Source: Patescibacteria group bacterium (GTDB lineage: Bacteria > Patescibacteriota > Patescibacteriia > UBA9570). Taken from it: DNA of 64,000 nucleotides. The stretch spans positions 11,103-75,102 of the forward strand of contig JBAYIY010000007.1 in assembly GCA_041665365.1 (NCBI GenBank), written 5' to 3'. The position numbers and the translations under genes are program-made. Below the pieces are notes generated by a model. The model made no database searches and was not told where the DNA came from. It worked only from the letters and a program-made list of their open reading frames with translations. Each line of letters begins with the position of its first letter. The stretch's first letter is position 1. Shown piece by piece: positions 9,824 through 19,269 of this stretch.

Positions 9824-12800
9824 TTATTGTTGTCCCATCAATGCACCCATATCTACTCCAGAGATTCTGACTAGTAATGGTAGTAGTTTTTGCAACTCAG
9901 GTATGCGATAAATGTCTTCAGGTTTTTCGGTAACTAAGGCCGCCATTACTTGTCTTTGTAAACGTTGTTGTAAGGCTTCAAAATTACCACCACTTGAGGC
10001 TAGGGCTTTGATTAAATAGTGAAAGTTTTTATCTGGTGTGCTATGTGGTACGCGCATAATACTGCCCACGAGATCTTTAAATAAATCAGCCGTCGTGGCA
10101 TTATCTCGTAATGCCTTATCAATTACTTCTTGCCAAGTTGCAATAGAACTTCTTTGGCCGGTATATTCATGTACAATTCTTGCCACAGGTTCAGTTTCAC
10201 TGCGCAGGCCTTGTTTAATTAAAATTAATTGTACTGTGAATTCAAGAAAATCTTGCTTCATTTTAGTTGTTTCGCACCGTCCGACACTGCCAGCGTCAAT
10301 TAAACCATAACGTTCATGACCCGGACGCAGATCAACAATACTATTGCCGGCATGAGGGTCGGCATGAAAAATTCCATCATCAGCCACTTGATACAACCAA
10401 TCAATGGCGGCACCGGCTTGAGCCGCTTCAACATCAAAAGTCATATATGGTTCAAGTTCTTTATCAGTTGTACCGGCTGTTTGCAGGCGAATAATCTCAG
10501 CCATAGATAAACCTTCATAAAATTCCTCAACAATCAACTGAATGCGTTGAGCCTCACCCTCACCGCGTTCACGTAAATACAATACCTGCGGCACGGACAC
10601 TGGTAAAGCTAACTTACCGACCTGAATTGTGGCACCACGTTTACGTATTTGCTGACCCAAATCACGGGCGGCGGATGCTTCTTTACCGAAATCAAGCTCA
10701 TCGGTCACTAGTTGGCGTATTTCCGGTACAAACCAATCTGGAATGTTATAACCTTCATGCTGTAAGGCAATAACAACACCATCCAGTACAGTCATATCTT
10801 CCGTAAAATTGCGCGCTGTGTTTGGTCGTTCCACTTTAAAAGCCACCGGTTCACCTTTAGCTGTGGTAGCCTTATGCACTTGTTTAATTGAAGCACTGCC
10901 TCTGCATTCACCAATTTCAGTTAGTTGCACACCGTCAGGACGCGCTTGAAATAACTGAGCGGTTCGAGCATAAGCAAAGACACCTCTTTTATTAAACGGT
11001 GCGCATTTATCTCGTAAGTTTCCTAAATCGGTGCGGATGGTTTCATCGCTAATCAAATCAGGCCGTTCTGATAACACCTGACCAACTTTTACACCCACCA
11101 CGCCTAAACCCTGCAGCACCATACGCAAAGCTTCACCGGGGCGTAACTTTGTTTCACGAATTTTTACTTCGCGTAATTCTTCCAAAAGGTTAACCAAGAA
11201 TTCTACGCGGCGCGCTGGTGAATAACCGGACATGACTTCCTGAAAAATAATTTTACCAATGGTTTGCAGTGGGGGATTATCGGCTAAAGCTTCCATGAAG
11301 ACTAATTCAAAAGTATCTTGAGAAAATTTTTGTAGAGCTTCTTTATCTGGTGTGTGGTTATGACCAACATAAATTGAAAAGGGAGCCACTTCACAGATGC
11401 CACCTTCACCCAATAACGCTGAATAAAAAATGGTACGGCGTTCTTCGGAACTTAACGCCCAAAAGGCGGTGACTTTATCTTGCTCATTAATGTTAAAAGT
11501 TTTACTGGCTAAATAGCGATCATCTGGTAGATCACCACCTAACAACCATAATAAAACCTCAGCCCGTTTGCTTCGATCACTGAACATGGCTAAATAATGT
11601 TTCATTGTTTCGGTAGCGGCAAAAGTCGGTGGTTCACCCGGTGGAAAATCTCCTGGATGATTAGCTTGATAGCGATAGGTTAAACGTTCTAACTCACTAC
11701 ATTGCACTTCGGTGGTGGCTAAGTCTGTCATGAGCGCAAACAAGATTGAATCACGATGATGAGTAGCCTTAGGGAAGCGTATTAATACGTGATCCAATAC
11801 AGCATGAAAGGCTTTATCATTCGCGGCCGCCACCATGGCAGGTAACGGTTCAGCTACATTGCCAAGTGTGGCGACACTGGCTTGGTGGTAATCAACGCGT
11901 AAATGATCAATTTCTAAATCAACGGCTTGACGTTCATACATTTCGCGCAAACCTCCCGTCAGAGACACCGCTGTATCCGTTAAGAAATCCGCGATGATTT
12001 TTTTTTGCGGCACGGAAATAAGATCACCCAAGCGTACTAAACCACTCACTTGAACGCTGGGGTATTTATCCATGTACGCATCTTCAACTATATTGGCACC
12101 AGCTACAACAAAATGATCACGCAAACTAATTGTGCGAGACGCTAAACGAATATTCGCTTTGGCCAGTTGATCCGGCGAACAAAACTTATTAACCACTTGC
12201 CACAATTCATGTTGGGCCAACACATGTAAAAAATAATCGCGAAACATACTTGGTTCGGGCATTAATTCCAGCACGTGAGCTCGAGCAGCCTTAAGTGTGT
12301 CTGGTGCTGACTCCACTCGTTCTAGTTCTGGCAGTAATACTCGTGCTGCATATTTAGCTTTATACATCGGGTCAAGCATAGTTTCGCCCTTATCAGTGCG
12401 TTCAACCGTATCGGAAAACAACAGTAACTCCGCACTGGTTGGGTAAGCCTCCGCGGCAACTTTTTGTTCTTGTTTAAGTTCCCTATGACGCTGTGTCCAA
12501 ACTTTATCACTTACGCTACGGTATTCATATGGATGAGAAGAAGTGTCCCAAGTATGTTTACGTACATTTTCAGCTTCATCCTCCGTTATTTTACCACGAT
12601 CTAATAACCATTTCAGTTTCCAGGCAATACCCGCTGCTGTACCTTCGAAATAGTTGGTTTTAACATACCCATTCACCACATCAGCTGAGCGGTTTACTTC
12701 GGCACCATCACCCAGCTCGGCTTTCATTAAAGCCATGAGTTGTTCAAGTTCAGCTGGTGTGCTGCCGAGACGATCAGCTCTTAACGCCAAACAAAAGTTA

Positions 12801-14179
12801 CGGTAAAAACCTGGCTTGAGTTGTTGCATTTTTTCTAAAGCATCTGGTTCTTGAACAACGGCTTCTAGAATGTGCTTCAGTCTTAATACACGGTTTTTCC
12901 AAAACCACTCTTTGGCCTGTTCTACGACATGTTCAAATGCGGGAGGCGGTGGAAGGTTATTTGGAATATCTTCAATACCATGTTTGTTGATATGTATGTT
13001 TTTAGCAATGGCGCGAGAAGTGATATATCCTTTTGGTGCATCTCGTATTATATCTACCGGATTATCTGGAATATATGGAAAAGCTTCTTTTACACTGACC
13101 GCTAAATCTGCTACGGCCGCTACATCAAAATCACCGCTGGCAACATAGAGCCTAATTAGCGTATCATCATTTATTCCAGCCTCAGCATATTGGGCTTTTA
13201 ATCGATCAGGCGTGAAACATAGTTTATGTAATAATAAAGGCCAAGATAAACGTTTATCTTGATTTTGAGCATCATCAGTAGTGACTAAACTAGTCGGTAA
13301 CAGGTGCAAAATATCTTCCTGGCAAACTCTAGCGTGTTCACTTAACAATGGATTAGCGATTAACCATTGTAGTTCGGCATAATGTTTTGTAAGAACCCGT
13401 AAGTGTTCTGGTGCTTCGGTTTGCCACCGTTTACCCCGTACACCAATAGCTGCTTCCATTAATGGCATCAGCGCAATTAACTCTTCACGACAAGTGTCAG
13501 GATTTTTTGTGTACTCATTGATCAAACCAAGTACATATGGTAAGGCTCCATCTGCTAACTGTAACGCGGCCGTTTCTTGACGAGTTGGTTTCATAGCAAA
13601 CTCGTTATTACGTTCCATTTGCTGAAAACGTTCAACTATAGTAGTGGTGTGTGGTGAACGTTCTTTTTGCAAGGTGCGGACAGTTTCTTTAATATTATGT
13701 TTAGAGAAATATGCCCTAAATAAGGTAATCGTATAACCAAGCTCGGGCGGTGTAGCGGCAATAAAACGTAACATTGGTAGCTCGGGATGCTCTGTGGCGT
13801 GAGTTTGACACCAGTTCTGTAAATGAAGATAGCCATTACCCATTTCTATAAAATCATTACTTTGTAATTGGGTAGTTAACTTTTGATAATTAGCTGGTGG
13901 CCAAACGTGTATTAAATCACGTATGGCATATTCAACTAAACGTTGCCACTGGGCTAATTCAATATCTCTGTTAGCATATCTTCTAGATTCATAAAAACCG
14001 TTCAGGCGACTATCAAAATTATAATCAGTGTATTCACGTTCATCGCTGGTCGTTAAATAGGCTGTTGTGTTATCTCCATAATAACGAGAAGGTATGGGTA
14101 GATCTTGTCCGAATACAACTCGAGCCGAGTGTAATCTATCATGATCGGTTGTATTAATACTATTACCTAGCTTCGTCAT
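9824..14179 (-). CDS. giant protein with C-terminal ABC1/UbiB-type atypical kinase domain
   Basis: 1451 aa. The last ~450 aa carry VKVGQVLSERPDL, ASIKQVHKA, VAFKVERPN, ELDFGKEA and FHADPHAGN..V.....GLIDAG. The N-terminal ~1000 aa are unrecognised. Confidence 0.8.
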   Translation of the reverse strand: MTKLGNSINTTDHDRLHSARVVFGQDLPIPSRYYGDNTTAYLTTSDEREYTDYNFDSRLNGFYESRRYANRDIELAQWQRLVEYAIRDLIHVWPPANYQKLTTQLQSNDFIEMGNGYLHLQNWCQTHATEHPELPMLRFIAATPPELGYTITLFRAYFSKHNIKETVRTLQKERSPHTTTIVERFQQMERNNEFAMKPTRQETAALQLADGALPYVLGLINEYTKNPDTCREELIALMPLMEAAIGVRGKRWQTEAPEHLRVLTKHYAELQWLIANPLLSEHARVCQEDILHLLPTSLVTTDDAQNQDKRLSWPLLLHKLCFTPDRLKAQYAEAGINDDTLIRLYVASGDFDVAAVADLAVSVKEAFPYIPDNPVDIIRDAPKGYITSRAIAKNIHINKHGIEDIPNNLPPPPAFEHVVEQAKEWFWKNRVLRLKHILEAVVQEPDALEKMQQLKPGFYRNFCLALRADRLGSTPAELEQLMALMKAELGDGAEVNRSADVVNGYVKTNYFEGTAAGIAWKLKWLLDRGKITEDEAENVRKHTWDTSSHPYEYRSVSDKVWTQRHRELKQEQKVAAEAYPTSAELLLFSDTVERTDKGETMLDPMYKAKYAARVLLPELERVESAPDTLKAARAHVLELMPEPSMFRDYFLHVLAQHELWQVVNKFCSPDQLAKANIRLASRTISLRDHFVVAGANIVEDAYMDKYPSVQVSGLVRLGDLISVPQKKIIADFLTDTAVSLTGGLREMYERQAVDLEIDHLRVDYHQASVATLGNVAEPLPAMVAAANDKAFHAVLDHVLIRFPKATHHRDSILFALMTDLATTEVQCSELERLTYRYQANHPGDFPPGEPPTFAATETMKHYLAMFSDRSKRAEVLLWLLGGDLPDDRYLASKTFNINEQDKVTAFWALSSEERRTIFYSALLGEGGICEVAPFSIYVGHNHTPDKEALQKFSQDTFELVFMEALADNPPLQTIGKIIFQEVMSGYSPARRVEFLVNLLEELREVKIRETKLRPGEALRMVLQGLGVVGVKVGQVLSERPDLISDETIRTDLGNLRDKCAPFNKRGVFAYARTAQLFQARPDGVQLTEIGECRGSASIKQVHKATTAKGEPVAFKVERPNTARNFTEDMTVLDGVVIALQHEGYNIPDWFVPEIRQLVTDELDFGKEASAARDLGQQIRKRGATIQVGKLALPVSVPQVLYLRERGEGEAQRIQLIVEEFYEGLSMAEIIRLQTAGTTDKELEPYMTFDVEAAQAGAAIDWLYQVADDGIFHADPHAGNSIVDLRPGHERYGLIDAGSVGRCETTKMKQDFLEFTVQLILIKQGLRSETEPVARIVHEYTGQRSSIATWQEVIDKALRDNATTADLFKDLVGSIMRVPHSTPDKNFHYLIKALASSGGNFEALQQRLQRQVMAALVTEKPEDIYRIPELQKLLPLLVRISGVDMGALMGQQ

Positions 14180-16292
14180 AGAAATTTATTTCGATGGGTC
14201 GACCACTGGCATCAGTAAACAAATCTCTCAATTCAGTTGCATCTTCGGCCACACCGGCGGCATACAATTCAGTCGCCAGACGATTCAATGGTCTTTGTAA
14301 TTCAGTCTCGTCAATGGTTGTTAAGTTTGATGGTTTTTTAAAAAAACGCGACATCAACCCAGCCAACCCGGTTGGCTTGTCCAACTCAACCAGAAAGTAA
14401 TTTTCGGGCAAACCAAGTTGCTCAGCCTTGTCTCTTAAAATGTTTACTATTTCTTGCAACCAGGCCGGCCGATTTGGTTCACTAAGGTTAATGCGTAAAC
14501 CTTCTTCCAACCACCGTTTAAACAAAACCCGTTTGATGTCTTTTTGATGAAAAAACGGTGGTTTATATACTGTTCCGGCCACAGTAGCCATGTGGGTTGA
14601 AGGTTTTTCTGGAATACCCCGAGCTAATTGCTGAATATAGGGGTGGTTCTGTAAAGTTTGTACAGTGCGCATGGCTGCCCCAATTTTACCGTGGTCTTGC
14701 GCGTGAATATTCAAACCTAGCGCACCGGTCATTACTTCAAGTAATGGTTTATGTAAATTATTAAAACGATCTACATAATCAAGGCGATCCCCTCGTGTAA
14801 AAGGTAGGTCACTTTGGGCATGTGTATAATCATACACCGGTAAAGTACGCATGACTGTTGGTACAACTTTCCACTGCTGCAAATCTTTTAAATCATCGAA
14901 TAGAATAACATCATGGGCAAATTTTGGATAAATAGTATCATGGGTGGCGCGGCGAAATAGCTCATCTTTAACGGTTTGTGTAACTGTAGTAACTCGTTCA
15001 CCTGTGACGTGTTCAATATGGTCTGGTGTAATAACCGCATCAAAATGATGTCGTAATAATTTTTGTAAACGTTGGTAAATTTTACCAAATCTGGTTTTGG
15101 ATAATCTTGTACCAGAACCAATCATGGCAGCATGTTGAAAAGGCTGAAAAGTTGATTCAAAAGAACGCGTCGGTGGTAATTGATACCCAGTGTTTATTGT
15201 AGCTGGTAGAGCTACTTGTTTTTCAGAGCGTGATAATCGCGCTTGTACAGTAGTGGCGAGTTCGGCTAACGATGATGGTATAGTTGGTAAGGCACTAGTC
15301 GTGATTGAATCAGTGGAAGTTTTGGGTGGTAACTCCTCGAGTAATTTTAAAGCGGCGTTTTTAAGGTCGATAGATTCTTGTCCGGTAAGTGTGTAGTGAA
15401 ATTCAAAACCGCGTAACCAGCGCTGGGCTAAATTAGCTATAAATGTGTCTTTATGTTGTTTAATCTTCGCTTTTTTATCAAAATGTGATTCTATTTTCCA
15501 GTATTTTAATGCGGCTGGATTAGTGTGATCAAATAGATCTTCCAATTTTGTAAATGGCTCAGTGGGTGGGAGTTCTGGAGGTACTAAAACAGCATGTTGA
15601 CGATGGAATTTAATCGCATCTGTCATTATAGTGCGATTAATACTGTCGGGATCATGCAATGTAGTATCTTCTGAAGTTGGGTTTTGGACTAAATCTTCTA
15701 AAACTTTACCGCGATAATCATTATCTGGTGAACGAGGTTGGGAAAACATTCTTGACTCAATGGCTAGTGGATTAATCAATGAACAATATAGACTTTCGCC
15801 CGATAAGGCTAAATTCGCTTCGTAAAGAATAGCGTTGTGATAACCGAATCGGTCATGTTCTAGTGCATCATACACGGCTGCCAGAGCAGTGCGCATATCA
15901 AGCTGTAATCGAAATACTTCTAAAGCCATTAAACCATCTCGAAAAGTGGCGCGAGGATTATTTTCTATATCATCGAGTATATTATTCCAATCTTCAGCAG
16001 TGCGAGCTACTTGTAATTGTTGTAACAGTTTTTCTCGAGCTAAATCTTTGGCGTCTTCTAGTGCCGCATCACTAAACAGTTGCTGCGGTTGATCGGCATT
16101 ATACACAATGCGTTCTGGGCGATGATACTCTTCTTCCAGTGCGGTTAAACGGTTCTGTGTGATGGGGTGAGTTTTTGTAAAATAATGTTCAATCACTTGT
16201 TTCCAGTTTGGGCGACCAGTGGCTTGCAGTAAGACACGTTGTAACTCAATGGCGGCTTGTGGATTATAGCCGGCTAAATCGGCGCCTTCCAT
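14163..16292 (-). CDS. large uncharacterised protein; N-terminus is the distal half of an M48-like peptidase domain
   Basis: 709-aa ORF. It begins MEGADLAGYNPQAAIELQRVL, which resembles the ExxAD...AGYDP third-ligand region of M48. It lies in frame with 16404..17069 across a single TAA. Confidence 0.6.
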   Translation of the reverse strand: MEGADLAGYNPQAAIELQRVLLQATGRPNWKQVIEHYFTKTHPITQNRLTALEEEYHRPERIVYNADQPQQLFSDAALEDAKDLAREKLLQQLQVARTAEDWNNILDDIENNPRATFRDGLMALEVFRLQLDMRTALAAVYDALEHDRFGYHNAILYEANLALSGESLYCSLINPLAIESRMFSQPRSPDNDYRGKVLEDLVQNPTSEDTTLHDPDSINRTIMTDAIKFHRQHAVLVPPELPPTEPFTKLEDLFDHTNPAALKYWKIESHFDKKAKIKQHKDTFIANLAQRWLRGFEFHYTLTGQESIDLKNAALKLLEELPPKTSTDSITTSALPTIPSSLAELATTVQARLSRSEKQVALPATINTGYQLPPTRSFESTFQPFQHAAMIGSGTRLSKTRFGKIYQRLQKLLRHHFDAVITPDHIEHVTGERVTTVTQTVKDELFRRATHDTIYPKFAHDVILFDDLKDLQQWKVVPTVMRTLPVYDYTHAQSDLPFTRGDRLDYVDRFNNLHKPLLEVMTGALGLNIHAQDHGKIGAAMRTVQTLQNHPYIQQLARGIPEKPSTHMATVAGTVYKPPFFHQKDIKRVLFKRWLEEGLRINLSEPNRPAWLQEIVNILRDKAEQLGLPENYFLVELDKPTGLAGLMSRFFKKPSNLTTIDETELQRPLNRLATELYAAGVAEDATELRDLFTDASGRPIEINFYDEAR

Positions 16293-16403
16293 GCCGGCTA
16301 AATCGGCATCATATTCAAAACGGACACTTTCATCAGTTGGTCTATCTGGTTTATCAGGTTGATATTTTTTTTGTTGGAGATGACGTAACTCATGTCCAAT
16401 AAT

Positions 16404-17069
16404 TTAAGCCAAATGATCTTTGGTAAAGACCTTTTTTTGTTCGACAAACATTTTATGCAACTGTGTAATGAACCCAATATTAACAAACACGTGCACTGGT
16501 TCGGTTGAAGGAACGGTGTAATCTTCATCTAATTTTTCAGTACGTAAAACATAAGCATTCATGTCTGTACTACGCGTTAACTCCAATAAAACTGGGCGCC
16601 GAAAACCCATCGCCTCAGACACATTGGCGACAATCTCACCAACTTCTTGATATATGACAGATTCACGTTGTTCAGCTTCTGTTAAAGTTTCAGTGGTCGT
16701 ACGTTTATATTCAAGTTGTAATCGTGTCCGCAAACGGCGGGTGGCTTCTTGTACAGGACGACGGCGTTCTAAAAACTCCTGGCGTTCCGGAACGGATTCA
16801 TCGCCATAATTAAGACGTTCACGATCAATCTCATAACGTAAGGCTCTAATCCACTCCACTGAGTGCGTGGGGTCTTTAAATTCTATTGTAGTTGAATCAC
16901 TTGTAGATTGTGTAAGTTGTTCCAGTGCGACACCGGCTAATTCACTAGTACGGGTATCAGACATCATCAGTCTGGTTAATATCAACAACGTGCGATCATC
17001 ACGCGAGAGCTCTAAAGTTAGTTCAGTACTCTCGCGTTGCTCGCCTCGTTTAGGTTTTATTTCAGGCAT
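16404..17069 (-). CDS. N-terminal fragment of the interrupted M48-like giant gene
   Basis: 221 aa ending ...TKDHLA-TAA. The next in-frame codons read IIGHELRH (HExxH). Confidence 0.55.
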   Translation of the reverse strand: MPEIKPKRGEQRESTELTLELSRDDRTLLILTRLMMSDTRTSELAGVALEQLTQSTSDSTTIEFKDPTHSVEWIRALRYEIDRERLNYGDESVPERQEFLERRRPVQEATRRLRTRLQLEYKRTTTETLTEAEQRESVIYQEVGEIVANVSEAMGFRRPVLLELTRSTDMNAYVLRTEKLDEDYTVPSTEPVHVFVNIGFITQLHKMFVEQKKVFTKDHLA

Positions 17070-17075
17070 GTGATG

Positions 17076-17609
17076 TTATACCAGATGCAACTTGTGTTCG
17101 ATTACCGTCACACGTTGATTGAGCTCGGTCACCTCAAACCGGTAAGCCACGTTGTCTTGGCGTAATTTAAGTTCATCCTGACCTTGTTCAAGATTAGATA
17201 ATCTATAATCAACTCGATCGAAGCGTTCATCGACCGAATCAAAACCCAGTTTAGTGGCCATGGCTAAATCATCTACCGTAGTAGTTAAATTATCCATTCT
17301 TGTGGATAAGCTATCTACTTTACCATCAACATGATCCACTTTAGTAGATAAACTATCAACCTTTGTATCTAAAATATCTGTTTTCGTCGATAAACCATCA
17401 ACTTTGGTATCTAAACTATCCATCCGTGTGGATAGAGTGTCAACTTTAGTGGTTAATTTATCCGTTCTCGTGGATAAACTATCTACAGTTTTAGTTAATC
17501 CATCCGTTTTTGTGGATGAAATACCAACTATATTAACTAAACTACTGACGATTGCTGTCAAACCGTCCATTTTGTCTGCTAGATTGTCTAGCGTGATTGT
17601 TTTCTTCAT
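17076..17609 (-). CDS. heptad-repeat coiled-coil protein
   Basis: ORF track gives 17076..17651; the Met at 17609 (MKKTITLDNL) is more plausible. At least 11 consecutive heptads of the form [VTM]D.L.TK. Confidence 0.6.
   Translation of the reverse strand: MKKTITLDNLADKMDGLTAIVSSLVNIVGISSTKTDGLTKTVDSLSTRTDKLTTKVDTLSTRMDSLDTKVDGLSTKTDILDTKVDSLSTKVDHVDGKVDSLSTRMDNLTTTVDDLAMATKLGFDSVDERFDRVDYRLSNLEQGQDELKLRQDNVAYRFEVTELNQRVTVIEHKLHLV
17265..17513. repeat. 21-bp (heptad-encoding) tandem periodicity inside the coiled-coil gene
   Basis: Repeating gtggataaactatc/tttagt... units are visible on the + strand. Confidence 0.7.
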
Positions 17610-17655
17610 AAAGTGTTTCCCAATACTTTGGCGGCGCTTTTGTAAACACACTAGC

Positions 17656-18477
17656 CTATTTTTTTGGCTTCGTCAACAGTGCATAACTCATTGGATCAAA
17701 CAATATTTCATCAGGTTTAATGCGTTCCTGCAGTAATAATTGCGCTTCCGGATGTCGCTTCTGAAAATCCAGAATGACACCTTCATTCTCGGCTTCATTC
17801 AAGGCACAAGTGGCATAAACTAATCTACCACCGGGTTTTAAAGCTAGCCACAAACCGTTGATTAGCGCGATTTGTTGTTGCTTTAATCTTTTTATACGCG
17901 ATGGTGTCCAAGCGGCTAAATATTTCTCACTGTGCCAGACATGTTTTTCTGAACTACACGGTGCATCCAATAAAATACCAACAAAAAAATCCGGATATTT
18001 TTTAAATAAAATTTCTGATTTTCCCAACTTTATATGAATATTGTTATAACCTGAATTTTGAAAAGTATCTCGTAAACGGTTTATTCTTTTATTGGAATTA
18101 TCATAACAATATAATTTACCGGTATTATTTAATTGGTGAGCCAGCAACGTGGCTTTACCGCCCGGTGCGGCACAAGCATCTAAAATAATTTCACTTGATT
18201 GAACGTTCAAAGCCAACACTGGTTTGAGTGAAGATGCATTCATGATATAGAACCAATTCAGTTCATAACCTGGTAAGGGTATACCAATATCTATACCATC
18301 CGGCCACAACCAAGCCGATTTATACCAATCTAATGGTTTAATACTCAAACCAGCTTTTTCCCATAAGTTAGTTAATTCTGTCAGGTATTTTGGATGAGGC
18401 AGAATGATCGGTTTTGGAGAAAAATTTAACAACTCAATCTGTTTCCCGTAATATTCAATAAATTGTGCTTTAGACAT
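17656..18477 (-). CDS. NOL1/NOP2/Sun-family RNA m5C methyltransferase (RsmB/RsmF-like)
   Basis: DACAAPGGKAT (SAM site), LLDAPCSSEK and YATCAL catalytic Cys motifs. Start moved to the Met at 18477 (MSKAQF). Confidence 0.8.
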   Translation of the reverse strand: MSKAQFIEYYGKQIELLNFSPKPIILPHPKYLTELTNLWEKAGLSIKPLDWYKSAWLWPDGIDIGIPLPGYELNWFYIMNASSLKPVLALNVQSSEIILDACAAPGGKATLLAHQLNNTGKLYCYDNSNKRINRLRDTFQNSGYNNIHIKLGKSEILFKKYPDFFVGILLDAPCSSEKHVWHSEKYLAAWTPSRIKRLKQQQIALINGLWLALKPGGRLVYATCALNEAENEGVILDFQKRHPEAQLLLQERIKPDEILFDPMSYALLTKPKK

Positions 18478-18501
18478 ATTTAGGTATACTATTACCACGA
18501 T

Positions 18502-18912
18502 ATGAAAAAAATTGCGATTCTCACAACTGAGATTAATCCAGAAACAATCACTGCCATGGTAGAGGCCGCTACCATTGAGGCGACTCGGCACGAGGCCACA
18601 ATTGTGACTATAACCAAAACATTGGGGTGTTTGGATATGCCGGTGATAGCAAAACGCTTATTACAACGCAAAGAGGTTGACGGGGTAGTGATATTAGGAG
18701 CCGTAGCACAAGGTGAAACAAAACACGATGAGTTGGTGGTGAACACGATGACGCAGGCCATTGTGCATTTATCTTTGCAGTATCAAAAACCAGTCGGGTT
18801 TGGCGTGATTGGACCCGGTGCGACACGCGAGCAATTCAACCACCGCGAGAGCGAATATGCGACCCGCGCGGTTCAAGCGGTGATGATAAACATCAAATTG
18901 TTACACGAATAA
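18502..18912 (+). CDS. ribH: 6,7-dimethyl-8-ribityllumazine synthase-like protein
   Basis: 136 aa. DGVVILGAVAQGETKHDELV and KPVGFGVIGPG resemble the DMRL synthase motifs (ALG.VIRG.T.H; PV.FGVLT). Confidence 0.6.
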   Translation: MKKIAILTTEINPETITAMVEAATIEATRHEATIVTITKTLGCLDMPVIAKRLLQRKEVDGVVILGAVAQGETKHDELVVNTMTQAIVHLSLQYQKPVGFGVIGPGATREQFNHRESEYATRAVQAVMINIKLLHE

Positions 18913-18947
18913 TTGAAGTGGACGAATATTATTCGTCCACTTCAATT
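18911..18947. terminator. bidirectional hairpin terminator between ribH-like and rpmB
   Basis: Perfect 37-nt palindrome: aattgaagtggacgaata-t-tattcgtccacttcaatt. Confidence 0.6.
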
Positions 18948-18962
18948 ATTTCACACAGGCGG

Positions 18963-19205
18963 TTACTGTTTTGATTTCGCCAACATTTTGCGCAGATCGT
19001 ATTTACGACCGGCTTTGTCCCACTTGGCCAAGGTGCGTAAACCGGAGGCTGTAATAGTGACAGTGATATGTTTACCTGTCGCCGGATTGAGCAAACGACG
19101 CTTTTGCAAATTGGCATAAACGCGGCGTTTGGTGCGGCGTTTAGAGTGGCTGACATTATAGCCAACCGATGAACTGCGTTTTGTTACTATACATTTCTTT
19201 GACAT
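18963..19205 (-). CDS. rpmB: 50S ribosomal protein L28
   Basis: 80 aa. MSKKCIVTKRSSSVGYNVSHSKRRTKRRVYANLQKRR fits the L28 consensus. Confidence 0.9.
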   Translation of the reverse strand: MSKKCIVTKRSSSVGYNVSHSKRRTKRRVYANLQKRRLLNPATGKHITVTITASGLRTLAKWDKAGRKYDLRKMLAKSKQ

Positions 19206-19213
19206 ACCGGAAA

Positions 19214-19242
19214 ACTATACAGTATTATGTAAAACAAGACAA
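19214..19242 (-). promoter_or_regulatory. sigma70-like promoter of rpmB, leaderless layout
   Basis: Minus strand: TTGTCT, 17 nt spacer, TATAGT, then 8 nt to the ATG at 19205. Confidence 0.5.
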
Positions 19243-19269
19243 GTCTAAATCAAATAACCAAAAAACTCT

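Noticed and set aside
16298-16528. 76-aa ORF bridging the two M48-like fragments in another frame
   Set aside because: It is out of frame with both flanking conserved segments. The in-frame reading across the TAA yields a clean HExxH motif, so this ORF is spurious.
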